From the NCBI GenBank assembly GCA_965199995.1, contig OZ241328.1, forward strand, positions 2,729,504 through 2,793,503: a stretch of 64,000 nt of DNA, written 5' to 3'. The notes beneath the pieces are model-generated. The model did not search any database. It had not been told where the DNA came from and saw only the letters and a list, made by a program, of their open reading frames with translations. Both the position numbers and the translations under genes were made by a program. Positions 40,171 through 49,563 of this stretch are shown piece by piece. Every line of letters begins with the position of its first letter. Position 1 is the stretch's first letter. This stretch comes from Dehalococcoidia bacterium (GTDB lineage: Bacteria > Chloroflexota > Dehalococcoidia > Lucifugimonadales > UBA3495).

Positions 40171-41112
40171 GTGAGAGATTCCCCTCTTGGATACACCGAA
40201 ACCGAAGTAGCGCAAATTCACCGCGCCATAGCGCCCCCGCCGCCTTCCGCGCCGACGGAAATCTGGGCCGCGATGAACCCGCCTCCCCCGGAGGGGATGC
40301 GCCCCTTCTGGAAGCTGGCCGACTTGGAGCGGAAACTATTCCGCCGTCTGTCGGCAGACCCGTGGGTCGCGGCCCTGTCCCACTATGCTTTCTTCCCGGT
40401 GGTGATGGGCTGGCGGGCCGATGGCCGGGGCATTCCCGGCTTGCGGATTACCGGGCGGACTCGCGGCCCGGCGGCAATCCTGCGCTCCGGAACGGAGGCC
40501 ATCGTCATCAAGCCTTTTCAGAATACGCGGGAGGATGAAATCGCCGCAATCGCGGCCGCGGTTAACGCCGGGCCGGCTCAGTTAGCGTCGCTTCCCGGTT
40601 ACTTGACTGAGCGGTTCGCCGAAGGCGTGTTCTTCACCGATCTGCCCCAAGAGCGTCGAGACGACAGCACCATGCGCGCCGCCGGCCTGGCCTTGGGCGG
40701 GATGCTGCGGCGGCTCCACAACGCCGGAGTCTACTACAACGACGCCACCCTGGCCGACCCGGAGGGCCGCTCCCACCTCATCGTTGACAGCGACGGCGGC
40801 GGCACCCTGATAGATTTCGGCGTATCCCTGCTGGTGTCCCGCCACCCCCACTACACTCGCGAGGAAGTGCACAACTTCGTCCGCACCCTGCCGATGTACC
40901 GGTTAGTCGCCGGAATGGCCGAGAGCCGCGCCGAGATGGACGACTTCCTAACCCAGTACGCTCGCAGGATGGCCCAGTCCGCCCCCGAAGACATCCTCGC
41001 CCGCGACCTAAAGTTCGCCCAGCAGGGTCTGTCCATCGCCGCCCGCAACATGGGGGAAGAGATTATCCAGCCCATACGCGACGGCTTTCTTGAAGCCTAC
41101 CGGCCCGCCTAG
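40171..41112 (+). CDS. Atypical protein-kinase-like (RIO / Kdo-kinase-like) protein
   Basis: AIVIK (VAIK-like Lys). LHNAGVYYNDATL has the catalytic loop with YND in place of HxD. LIDFG matches DFG. The family call is tentative. Confidence 0.45.
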   Translation: MRDSPLGYTETEVAQIHRAIAPPPPSAPTEIWAAMNPPPPEGMRPFWKLADLERKLFRRLSADPWVAALSHYAFFPVVMGWRADGRGIPGLRITGRTRGPAAILRSGTEAIVIKPFQNTREDEIAAIAAAVNAGPAQLASLPGYLTERFAEGVFFTDLPQERRDDSTMRAAGLALGGMLRRLHNAGVYYNDATLADPEGRSHLIVDSDGGGTLIDFGVSLLVSRHPHYTREEVHNFVRTLPMYRLVAGMAESRAEMDDFLTQYARRMAQSAPEDILARDLKFAQQGLSIAARNMGEEIIQPIRDGFLEAYRPA

Positions 41113-41209
41113 TAAAGACGGTATCTCCTCAAGCGCAAAGCAGGGGCAGACGTAAAGCCTGCCCCTGCTTTGTCCTGTTTTCCCATCCTTTTGAGTAGGG
41201 ATCTGTACT

Positions 41210-42040
41210 TTAATTCAGCGTCTTGATGTACTCGATAATTGAGTCTATCTCCGCGTCGCTCAGACCTAGGACCGGCATCAGGTTCCCGTAGCCTTCCACC
41301 AGCTTCGCTGCCGGGTCATTGATGGATTCCCGGATGTAATCCCCATCCACCGTGGCCGAACCGCCGCCTTCCAGGGCTTCCTGGCTGCCGTAGATACCTT
41401 TCCATGACGGCCCTACCAGCGCGGTCCCGTCGGTGGAGTGGCAGGCGTTGCAGCCATACACTTCGTTTGCCAGCCGCTCGCCTTCGGCTGCGCTAGGCTC
41501 CCCGCTGCCTGGCCCATCGCCGACAGACGGGCTGGCGACAACCGGTGCGGTGATTGCCAGAGCTTCCAGCATGGGTGCCGGCGTCGAGGTCGCCTGCGGC
41601 GTCGGATCGGGGCAGACATTTTCCCCGTGCTTACCCAAATCGTGGTCGAAGGCGCAAGGCACGGCCACATCCGGTAATCGCGGTTCCCCTCCCAATGTTG
41701 GCTTCACTGCCGAGAATAGTCCAATGAGCGCCAGCCCTACCATCACCGCCAGCACCATTCCCGCTATAAATATCCAGAAGAAAAACTTGTTGTCAAACTT
41801 CAGGTGCATATAGAAAAGGATGACGATGGCGAACTTGATGCCCGACAGCAGGAAAAGAAGTATGGTCGTGGACGGCTCGCCGAGGGCGTCACCAATCACC
41901 TTCTCCCGCGGACCGGGGAAGTCCATGATGATGACAAACTCAACGATGGTGATGAGGAACAGCAGTATCGCTATAAATACGTACTGCTTGAGGGAAGGGT
42001 GCCCTCCGCCGCCGTGTTCAGTTTCGTGCGATGTAGCCAT
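41210..42040 (-). CDS. ctaF: Cytochrome c oxidase subunit IV fused to a C-terminal class I cytochrome c domain
   Basis: N-terminal COX4_pro-like region: HPSLKQYVFIAILLFLITIVEFVII...FYMHLKFD. A low-complexity linker follows. C-terminal CNACHS...GPSWKGIYG...MP. Confidence 0.75.
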   Translation of the reverse strand: MATSHETEHGGGGHPSLKQYVFIAILLFLITIVEFVIIMDFPGPREKVIGDALGEPSTTILLFLLSGIKFAIVILFYMHLKFDNKFFFWIFIAGMVLAVMVGLALIGLFSAVKPTLGGEPRLPDVAVPCAFDHDLGKHGENVCPDPTPQATSTPAPMLEALAITAPVVASPSVGDGPGSGEPSAAEGERLANEVYGCNACHSTDGTALVGPSWKGIYGSQEALEGGGSATVDGDYIRESINDPAAKLVEGYGNLMPVLGLSDAEIDSIIEYIKTLN

Positions 42041-42091
42041 CTGGGGAGATCTCCAGGTCTCGAAGCCGGGCCTGTTGAAGATGTGGTCTCT

Positions 42092-42781
42092 CTAATGACC
42101 GGCAACCGCCGGGCCGGCGTCAAATCCGCCCACCAGGTATAGCAGCGTAAAGATAACAATCCAGACTATGTCCACGAAGTGCCAATACAAGCCGCAGATT
42201 TCCACGTCCAGAGCCGTGCCGGGATGCAACCGTCCCTTAAAGGAAATTATGAACAACGAAACCAGCCAGATGATGCCCAGCGTAACGTGCGCCCCGTGGA
42301 AGCCTGTCAGGGTGAAAAAGGTAGCTCCGAACAGATTCTGGCCCAGGGTCAGCCCTTCGTTCTTGAACAGGTTGAACTCATAGACCTGAAACCCGATAAA
42401 GATGGCGCCTAGGATGGCCGTTGCCAGCAGCCAGATTTTTATTCCCCGCTGGTCGTTCTCGTTGGTGGCTGCCAGCGCCCGCACCATCGAGAAGCTGCTG
42501 CACAGCAACACGAAGGTGCTGATGGTGGTAATGGGAATATCGATAATGTCTACCGGGTAGGGCCCGGAAAGGCTCTGCCCCCGGTAGACCATGTAGGTGG
42601 CGATAAGAGAGCCGAAGAACAGGCAGTCCGACCCCAGAAACACCCACATCAACATCTTCCGGTGGTTGAGGCCGGTGGTGGTGTAGTCGTGGCCTATCGC
42701 CTCGTGGTGGCCCCCGGCGTCGTGCGCCCCTCCATGTCCGTGGGCCGGTTCGTGATGGGCCGTTTCAGGTACGTGGGCCAA
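42092..42781 (-). CDS. ctaE: Cytochrome c oxidase subunit III
   Basis: 229 aa. FFGS, GFHG.HV..G and WYWHFVD motifs are present. Confidence 0.9.
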   Translation of the reverse strand: MAHVPETAHHEPAHGHGGAHDAGGHHEAIGHDYTTTGLNHRKMLMWVFLGSDCLFFGSLIATYMVYRGQSLSGPYPVDIIDIPITTISTFVLLCSSFSMVRALAATNENDQRGIKIWLLATAILGAIFIGFQVYEFNLFKNEGLTLGQNLFGATFFTLTGFHGAHVTLGIIWLVSLFIISFKGRLHPGTALDVEICGLYWHFVDIVWIVIFTLLYLVGGFDAGPAVAGH

Positions 42782-42805
42782 AGTCCCGTCTCCTACCCGT
42801 CTCTC

Positions 42806-44644
42806 CTAGTGTCCTTCTTCGGCGGAGGCCGGCTCGTTGCTCCAGCCGATGACGCCGATGAAGGCTATCAGTCCGCCCAGGAAGCTCACGCCGTAGTGCG
42901 ACAACAGGCCGCCTCCAATCAATCCCACGCCAGCCGCCGTGATAATGGGCCAGTAGGACGGGCTGGGCATATGGATCGTCCTGGGGTCAACCGCCGCTTC
43001 CGGCTCCGTGATGGGGTTACCGGCCTCGCGGGCCTCGTCCTTCACTATCCAGTAATGGTCGCGGCCCCGGACGCGCGGCACCTCTGCGAAGTTATACGCC
43101 GGCGGCGGCGATGCGATGGTCCATTCCACTCCGGGGGCATCCCAGGGGTCGTGGCTCACGCGGCGGGCGTTACGATTCTGCCACACCGCATAGATGAACA
43201 CCAGCACCCCGATAAGGATGACAAAGTAGCCAAGGGTGGACAGCAGGTTGAGCGGCCCCCAGCCGAATTCCTCGGCGTAGGTATATATCCGCCGCGGCAT
43301 TCCGTTCATCCCTACGAAGTGCATCGGGAAGAAAGTGATGTTCATCCCGATGAACACCAGCCAGAAGTTTATCTTGCCCAGCGTCTCGTTCAGTATCTTG
43401 CCGGTCAGCTTGGGCCACCAGTAATAGATACCGGCGAAAATGCCCATTATCGAGCCACCGAAGAGCACGTAATGAATGTGGGCCACGACGTAATAGGTGT
43501 CTTGTTGCTGGAAGTCCGACGGCGATACTGCGTGGGAAACGCCGCTCAGCCCACCGATTATGAATAGGAACAAGAACCCTAGAGCATACATCATCGGTGT
43601 CGTAAACTCGATGCTGCCCTTCCACATCGTTCCCAGCCAGTTGAATATCTTCACGCCCGTCGGCACCGCTATGAGCATGGTCGTGATAGTGAACACCGAG
43701 TTGGCGATGGGCCCTAAGCCCACAGTGAACATATGGTGGCTCCAGACCGCCCAGCCCATGATGCCGATTACGATGCCGGAGAATATCACGAAGGGATACC
43801 CGAACAGCGGTTTCTTTGAGAAGGTCGGCAGAATCTCCGACACTATTCCCATTGGCGGCAGGATGAGGATATACACCTCGGGATGCCCGAAGACCCAGAA
43901 CAGATGCTGCCAGAGAATCGGGTCCCCGCCGCCCGTCGGGTTGAAGAAGTGCGTCCCAAAGTTGCGGTCCATCACCAGCTCGATCAGCCCGACGGTGATG
44001 ACCGGCATCGCCAGTATCAGCAGAATGGACGTTATCAGCGTCATCCACACGAACACCGGCATCCGCATCAGCGACATACCCGGCGCGCGCAGGTTGACGA
44101 TGGTCACCACGAAGTTGAGACCGCCCGCCACCGACGAAGTTCCCAGAACCAGCAGGCCGATGGCCCAGAAGTCCAGCCCCAGGTTATCGCTGAAGGGATA
44201 CTCTGTCAGATTGGCGTAGGAGAACCACCCCGCGTCTGGCACCTGATTAACGATGAAGCTGAAGTGCATCAGGATGGAGCCAAACAGGAATATCCAGTAC
44301 GACAGCGCGTTGAGCCTGGGGAAGGCCACGTCGCGGGCGCCGATGGCCAGAGGCACCACAAAATTGAAGAAGGCGACGCCCATCGGCATGATGACCATGA
44401 AAATCATCACCGTGGCGTGCATGGTGAACATCTGGTTGTAGCGATCCGGCCCTATCAGGTCGGTGTCAGGAACGGCGAGTTGCGTGCGTATTACGCCCGC
44501 CTCAATGCCAGAAAGCAGCATGAAGATGAAGGCGGTCACCCCATACATCACGCCTATGCGCTTGTGGTCAACCGTGGTTATCCAGCTCCAAATGCCGGAG
44601 GCGCCATACGTTGGTCGGGCTAGTACCTCGGTTATCGTAGCCAT
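42806..44644 (-). CDS. ctaD: Cytochrome c oxidase subunit I
   Basis: 612 aa. Motifs WFFGHPEVYILILP-type (LFWVFGHPEVYILILP), HHMF and VAHFHYV-type (VVAHIHYVLFGG). Confidence 0.95.
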   Translation of the reverse strand: MATITEVLARPTYGASGIWSWITTVDHKRIGVMYGVTAFIFMLLSGIEAGVIRTQLAVPDTDLIGPDRYNQMFTMHATVMIFMVIMPMGVAFFNFVVPLAIGARDVAFPRLNALSYWIFLFGSILMHFSFIVNQVPDAGWFSYANLTEYPFSDNLGLDFWAIGLLVLGTSSVAGGLNFVVTIVNLRAPGMSLMRMPVFVWMTLITSILLILAMPVITVGLIELVMDRNFGTHFFNPTGGGDPILWQHLFWVFGHPEVYILILPPMGIVSEILPTFSKKPLFGYPFVIFSGIVIGIMGWAVWSHHMFTVGLGPIANSVFTITTMLIAVPTGVKIFNWLGTMWKGSIEFTTPMMYALGFLFLFIIGGLSGVSHAVSPSDFQQQDTYYVVAHIHYVLFGGSIMGIFAGIYYWWPKLTGKILNETLGKINFWLVFIGMNITFFPMHFVGMNGMPRRIYTYAEEFGWGPLNLLSTLGYFVILIGVLVFIYAVWQNRNARRVSHDPWDAPGVEWTIASPPPAYNFAEVPRVRGRDHYWIVKDEAREAGNPITEPEAAVDPRTIHMPSPSYWPIITAAGVGLIGGGLLSHYGVSFLGGLIAFIGVIGWSNEPASAEEGH

Positions 44645-44727
44645 AATTTGCTATTCCAGCAGCGGGTTTCGTGGGTTGCCGCCCTCTCATCGCCGAAAGG
44701 CGAGGGCGGTGCCTTTGGGTTTGCAGT

Positions 44728-45927
44728 CTAACGCAGGTTCAACAGATACTCAATCAGAGCGTCTATTTGGTCGTCGGTCAATGTAGCGTCGCCCCCTTCT
44801 TCATAGAAGGCCGCCTTGTCATACATCCAGTTGCCGGGCTTGATATCGTCGGGATTCTTGATCCACGCCCGCAGATTCTCCACCGTCAGATCGGTGATGC
44901 CCGCGGCCAGCGTCTGCCTGGTGCGCAGGTCGGTCAGGTTAGGCCCCGGCACCGCCACCGAATCCTCGCCGGTGAGGAAGCTGTCCCGGCGGGACAGGGC
45001 CACCGCCTCGATTTCCGGGCCGTTGATAGTATGACACAGGGCGCAGTGGATCTGGAACTGCGTCTTCCCCTGCTGGGCGCGCGGCGTGAGGGCCTGCGGC
45101 GGGCTGTAGCTGGCAACCCAGTCCTGGTAACCTTCCTCATCCATCACGGTAACGCGGAAGCGCATCTGCGCGTGAGCTACGCCGCACAGCTCGGCGCATT
45201 GCCCATAGTAGGTCGCCGGCAAGGGCTGGTCGATCATGTTCGAGTCCGCCAGCAGCCACAACGTATTCTGACGCGCCGGCACCACGTCCACCTTGCCGCC
45301 CAGCTTAGGCACCCAGAAGCTATGCAACACGTCGTCGCTTTCCATTGTCAGCCAGATAGGCCGGTCCACCGGGATGCGCAACTCATTGGCCGTGCTGATT
45401 CGCTTGCCCTTGCCGTCCGCATCGGGATACTCGAACTCGAAATACCACTGATGACCGGTGACTGTCACATTCAGTATCTCGCCCCGGTCGGTGGGCGGCT
45501 GGTCCAGCTCGAACAGGGTGAAAACCGACCAGATTCCCAAGCCGAGAATCAGCGCGGTGGGTATGATAGTCCAGGTCACTTCCAGGGCGGTATGGCCATG
45601 AATCTGCGGCGGGCGCGGCTGTCCCGGCCGCCGGCGATAGCGAATGATGATGTAGAGCAGCGCGCCCTCCACCAGCACGAAGACGACCACCATCGTCCAC
45701 AGCAAGGCATTGAAGAGCTCTAACTGCTTATCCGCCACCGGGCCGACGGGATCCCAGGTGGACTGGAGTCCCTTGCTGCAAGCCGTTATCAGCAAGAAAA
45801 GGGCCGCCGTCGCTCCGAGAAAGGCTAACTTGATTAGCCTGTTTCGGCGCGGAGCGGGCCTCTGAATGTTTTCGTCAGGTGTGGGTTCCGGTGGGGACCC
45901 TGCCCTCTTTCCGGGCAACAACCCCAT
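44728..45927 (-). CDS. ctaC: Cytochrome c oxidase subunit II with a C-terminal cytochrome c domain (caa3-type)
   Basis: CuA site DVLHSFWVP...CAELCGVAHAQM. C-terminal heme site CALCHT. Confidence 0.9.
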   Translation of the reverse strand: MGLLPGKRAGSPPEPTPDENIQRPAPRRNRLIKLAFLGATAALFLLITACSKGLQSTWDPVGPVADKQLELFNALLWTMVVVFVLVEGALLYIIIRYRRRPGQPRPPQIHGHTALEVTWTIIPTALILGLGIWSVFTLFELDQPPTDRGEILNVTVTGHQWYFEFEYPDADGKGKRISTANELRIPVDRPIWLTMESDDVLHSFWVPKLGGKVDVVPARQNTLWLLADSNMIDQPLPATYYGQCAELCGVAHAQMRFRVTVMDEEGYQDWVASYSPPQALTPRAQQGKTQFQIHCALCHTINGPEIEAVALSRRDSFLTGEDSVAVPGPNLTDLRTRQTLAAGITDLTVENLRAWIKNPDDIKPGNWMYDKAAFYEEGGDATLTDDQIDALIEYLLNLR

Positions 45928-46232
45928 AGCTGGACTCCCTTCAGTCCATTAGCCTAGAGGACTTGTGCTTTTTTTCACTTACCGCGCGAAAGGTTAACAT
46001 AGCCATTTGTGGCTGTCAATTAAATTAGCGGCCCTTGCCGCGCTTTTTCGATTAGCCGCTCACCCTGCCCGCCCGCGTTGCTGCCCGTGGGCTGCCATGT
46101 CTGTATTACAATGCTTATACTACGCCAATGCTTATACTACAATGCCCGTAGACGCCGGGCCCGTAGACGAAAACCGGACGGCGGAAAACCGACCGGAAAA
46201 CCGGACGGCGGCATCGTTGCAGAGAAACCGCT

Positions 46233-46968
46233 ATGACCACCCAACCCAGACCCTCCATGATTCCTTACCAGCGGGAAGACCGCGACATCTATATCGGCCT
46301 GGAATTCGACCCCAACGACCCGGAGCCTCGGCCGGAAGCCATGTACAAGAACTGCCCCTCCGCGAATTCATCTACCTGCTACAGTATCATTTTGCCACCG
46401 CCCCAGGCCGGAGAGACGTGTTTATCAGCGGGTCTTCGTTCATCTGCTGCGACCGCAGCAACCTGAACGTGCGCATCGGCCCCGATTGCTACGGGCCCTC
46501 GGCGTGGACGCCCGCGCCATTCGCGACCGGCGGCTCTATCTGCCTTGGGAAGCGGGCAAGATGCCCGGATTCGCCTTAGAGATGGCCTCGGAAAGCGCCG
46601 CCGAAAACGACATCGGCGATAAGCGGGAAATCTACGAGCGGCTGGGCGTCGGGGAGTACTGGCGCTTGGATGCCTCCGGCGGCGGCTACTATGGCGAACC
46701 GCTGGCCGCCGAGCAACTGGTCAACGGCCGCTACCGGCCCAGGGAACTCGCCCAAGAAGCCGACGGATCCCTTCGGGGCTACAGTCCCGTCCTCGACTTG
46801 ATACTGTCCTGGGAGCGGCAGGAAGACGGCAATGGGTGGTTGTGTCTCTATGACCCCGCTAAGGGACAACGCCTGGAATCCTATGATGCGGTGACCGCCG
46901 CCCGCCTCGCCGCCGAGGCGGAAGCCAGGGAGCTGCGGGAACAACTGCGCCGCTTGCGAGGACAATAA
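46233..46968 (+). pseudogene. Uma2 (DUF820) family endonuclease gene with two frameshifts
   Basis: Three successive frames carry colinear Uma2 pieces. The first is MTTQPRPSMIPYQRED...PEAMYK (46233 frame). The second is ELPLREFIYLLQYHFATAPGRRDVFISGSSFICCDRSNLNVRIGPDCY (46007 frame). The third is LGVDARAIRDRRLYLPWEAGKMPGFALEMASES...EIYERLGVGEYWRLD (46486 frame). Confidence 0.65.
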
Positions 46969-46982
46969 ACCGGGCCGCCAGC

Positions 46983-47954
46983 CTACAGCACCCGGTAGAC
47001 CCCATCGGCCATCATCGCCCCGAACAGCAACGCCAGATACAGCAGCGAGTACAGGTAAAGGTTGCGGGCCTTCTTCCGGGTCTGCCCTCGCCAGAGCCGC
47101 CAGGCCATCCCGATGAACAACGCTCCCAGCACCGCCGCGGCTCCGAGATAGATGCCCCCCACCGCGCCGGTGGCCGCGAAAATCAGGGTCAGCGCCACCA
47201 GCACCAGCGAGTAGGCGAAGATGTTTTCCACCGTCTTCTGCTCTCCGGCCACCACCGGCAGCATCGGCACCCCGGCCCGCTCGTAGTCCCGCTGTATCAA
47301 CAGCGCCAAGGCCCAGAAGTGGGGCGGAGTCCAAAAGAAGATGATAGCGAACATATACAGCGCCGGCAGGTCGAAGCTGCCGGTCACCGCCACCCAGCCC
47401 ACCGCCGGCGGAATGCTTCCCGCCGCGCCGCCGATGACGATATTCTGCGGCGTGCTGCGCTTCAGCCATCCGGTGTAGACCAGCACATAGAACAGGGACG
47501 CCGCCAGCGTCAGAGCCGCCGCCAGCCAGTTCACCCAGTAGAACAGCACCCCGAAGGCCGCGACGTTCAGCGCGACGCCAAAGGCCAGCGCCATCCCGGG
47601 GCGCACCCGGTTCCCCGGCACCGGACGCCGCGACGTCCGCGTCATCAGGGCGTCGATGTCCTGGTCCAGGTAGTGGTTAATGGCGTTGGCTCCGCCGGCC
47701 CCCAAAGCGCCGCCGACGCACACCAAGAGCAGCGTCAACAAATCAGGCACTCTCTGGGCCGCCAGGAACATCCCCCCGATGGCCGTAACCAGCAGCAGCG
47801 ATATGATGGGCGGCTTGGTCAGCGCGATATAGTCCGCCGCCAGCCTCAGCAGGCCGCTCCGTTCGCGCTTCGCGGATTCCGCGCCCGCAGGCTCCTCGGC
47901 CTCCGCCCCAGCCTTTTCAATCTCTATAGGCCCAGCTTGCTCAACCATTCCCAC
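46983..47954 (-). CDS. ctaB: Protoheme IX farnesyltransferase (heme O synthase)
   Basis: 323 aa. UbiA-type motifs NHYLD.DID..M.RT..RP and WTPPHFWALA. Confidence 0.92.
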   Translation of the reverse strand: MGMVEQAGPIEIEKAGAEAEEPAGAESAKRERSGLLRLAADYIALTKPPIISLLLVTAIGGMFLAAQRVPDLLTLLLVCVGGALGAGGANAINHYLDQDIDALMTRTSRRPVPGNRVRPGMALAFGVALNVAAFGVLFYWVNWLAAALTLAASLFYVLVYTGWLKRSTPQNIVIGGAAGSIPPAVGWVAVTGSFDLPALYMFAIIFFWTPPHFWALALLIQRDYERAGVPMLPVVAGEQKTVENIFAYSLVLVALTLIFAATGAVGGIYLGAAAVLGALFIGMAWRLWRGQTRKKARNLYLYSLLYLALLFGAMMADGVYRVL

Positions 47955-47962
47955 GCTCTTAG

Positions 47963-48007
47963 GTCATTCCCGCGAAAGCTTGCCCCGGGAAACCGGGACG
48001 GGAATCC
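47963..48007. repeat. Dispersed palindromic repeat (long variant) between ctaA and ctaB
   Basis: gtcattcccgcgaaagcttgccccgggaaaccgggacgggaatcc. Confidence 0.8.
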
Positions 48008-48016
48008 TTCCCCCGT

Positions 48017-48985
48017 CTAGCTCCTGGTTTCCCGGGAATACGCCACTGTCGCCAGCGCAGCCATTACTCCCCAAACTCCGGATGCCAGGGCCAAATGCAG
48101 CGCGCGAACTTCGACGTCCTGCCCAAATCCGGCCCAGATGACGCCCGCTCCGGCCAGAACCTGCGCGGCGAACAGAGTCAGCGCCGCCATCGAAAGCCAT
48201 CGTATCACGGGCGGCTGGGTTCGTCCCCGGAATCCCAGATGCAGAGCGTAGATTATAAACAATCCGGCAATCAAAGCCACATATCTATGCGCCATATGAA
48301 TCAGGGCGAACTTGCCCCCTGGAAACACTCCGCCCCATTCGTTGCTGCACAGAGGCCACTGATTGCAAGCCCACGTGGCCGACTCAGTGTTGGTAAGATA
48401 GGAACCCGACAGCAGCAGGAGAAACAGCGCCGCCGCCGCCGACAGCGCCAGCAGCGGGAACCGCCGAAGCCTGCCTGCCACCCACGCCGCCGGGCCTTCC
48501 CGCATCCTGCCGCGATGGGACATCACCGCCAGCAGGACGCAACATGCCAGCGTCAACTCCGCCACCGCCAGATGCGTCATCACCACGTGGCCCGAAAGCT
48601 CGGTAGTAACGGTAAGCCCGCCCAGCAGCGCCTGCACGATGACCAGCACGACGGCGGCGAGGGCCGGCCAGATTATCCACGGCTCCCGGCGGTAGCGCAG
48701 CCAGGCTCCGATAAACGTCGCCACAATAAGCGGCCCCACCAGGAACGATGCCGCGACCCGGTGGGCGTATTCGATGATGGCTTTGCTTTCCAGCGGCGGC
48801 AGCCATTGCCCGGCGCATAGCGGCCAGTCGTCCCCGCAGCCCAAGCCCGATTCGGTGACTCTAACCACGCCTCCCAGTACCAGCATGGCATACACCGCCG
48901 CCGCCGTGACCCAGGCCAGCGTCTGGAACCACCGGTCCGTTCCCAGGCTGTCCGCCCGGAACCGCCCGCTAACGGCTACGGCCAT
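48017..48985 (-). CDS. ctaA: Heme A synthase (COX15/CtaA)
   Basis: 322 aa with eight TM segments. GLGCGDDWPLC pair, conserved His in EYAHR and HMAHR, and a second Cys pair (WACNQWPLC). Confidence 0.85.
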   Translation of the reverse strand: MAVAVSGRFRADSLGTDRWFQTLAWVTAAAVYAMLVLGGVVRVTESGLGCGDDWPLCAGQWLPPLESKAIIEYAHRVAASFLVGPLIVATFIGAWLRYRREPWIIWPALAAVVLVIVQALLGGLTVTTELSGHVVMTHLAVAELTLACCVLLAVMSHRGRMREGPAAWVAGRLRRFPLLALSAAAALFLLLLSGSYLTNTESATWACNQWPLCSNEWGGVFPGGKFALIHMAHRYVALIAGLFIIYALHLGFRGRTQPPVIRWLSMAALTLFAAQVLAGAGVIWAGFGQDVEVRALHLALASGVWGVMAALATVAYSRETRS

Positions 48986-49297
48986 GATTGTTCCTCGACC
49001 CTGGGATTGCGCTGAAAAGAAAACTCTCCGTCCGGCGGCGCCCAGCCACCGGCAAGGGGAAGTGAAGAGAAGGGGAAGCAGTGTGGGTCCATGACAAAGC
49101 CGACAGCAGAAGCTCCGTCCGGATGGGAATCGCGCCTGCCCCGGCCTGTTCAGGATCCGCGCAACGGCCGTTTAGCGCTGGAGTTCCGGCCTGCGCCGTA
49201 CCCGCCAGACCGAAATCGCCTACGAAAAACGTACCACCGCCCCCGCCGAATTGTCAATCTCCGCTAACCCGCCGTCATCCCAGGCTTACTCCCGCCC

Positions 49298-49382
49298 GTC
49301 ATTCCCGCGAAAGCGGGAACCCACGAAATACATAGCCCTGCCACTTTTCGGTTATTCGTCATTCCCGCTTTCGCGGGAACCC
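49298..49382. repeat. Two copies of the dispersed palindromic repeat, the second with an inverted loop
   Basis: gtcattcccgcgaaagcgggaaccc at 49298-49322. gtcattcccgctttcgcgggaaccc at 49358-49382. Confidence 0.85.
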
Positions 49383-49563
49383 GCTGCGATCCTCCAGCCT
49401 ACGGGGCGTCATAAGCAGCGCCGCCTCCGCTGCGGGGCGGTAATGCCCGGAGTGAAGGGAGGAGCTTCACCCAAGCCGACCCCGCAGGGAGGGGCAAAAG
49501 GATGGATGAGGGAAATCCCCCGCGGTTTCCTCATCCGATGGACATTGCGCGATAGACCTGGCG

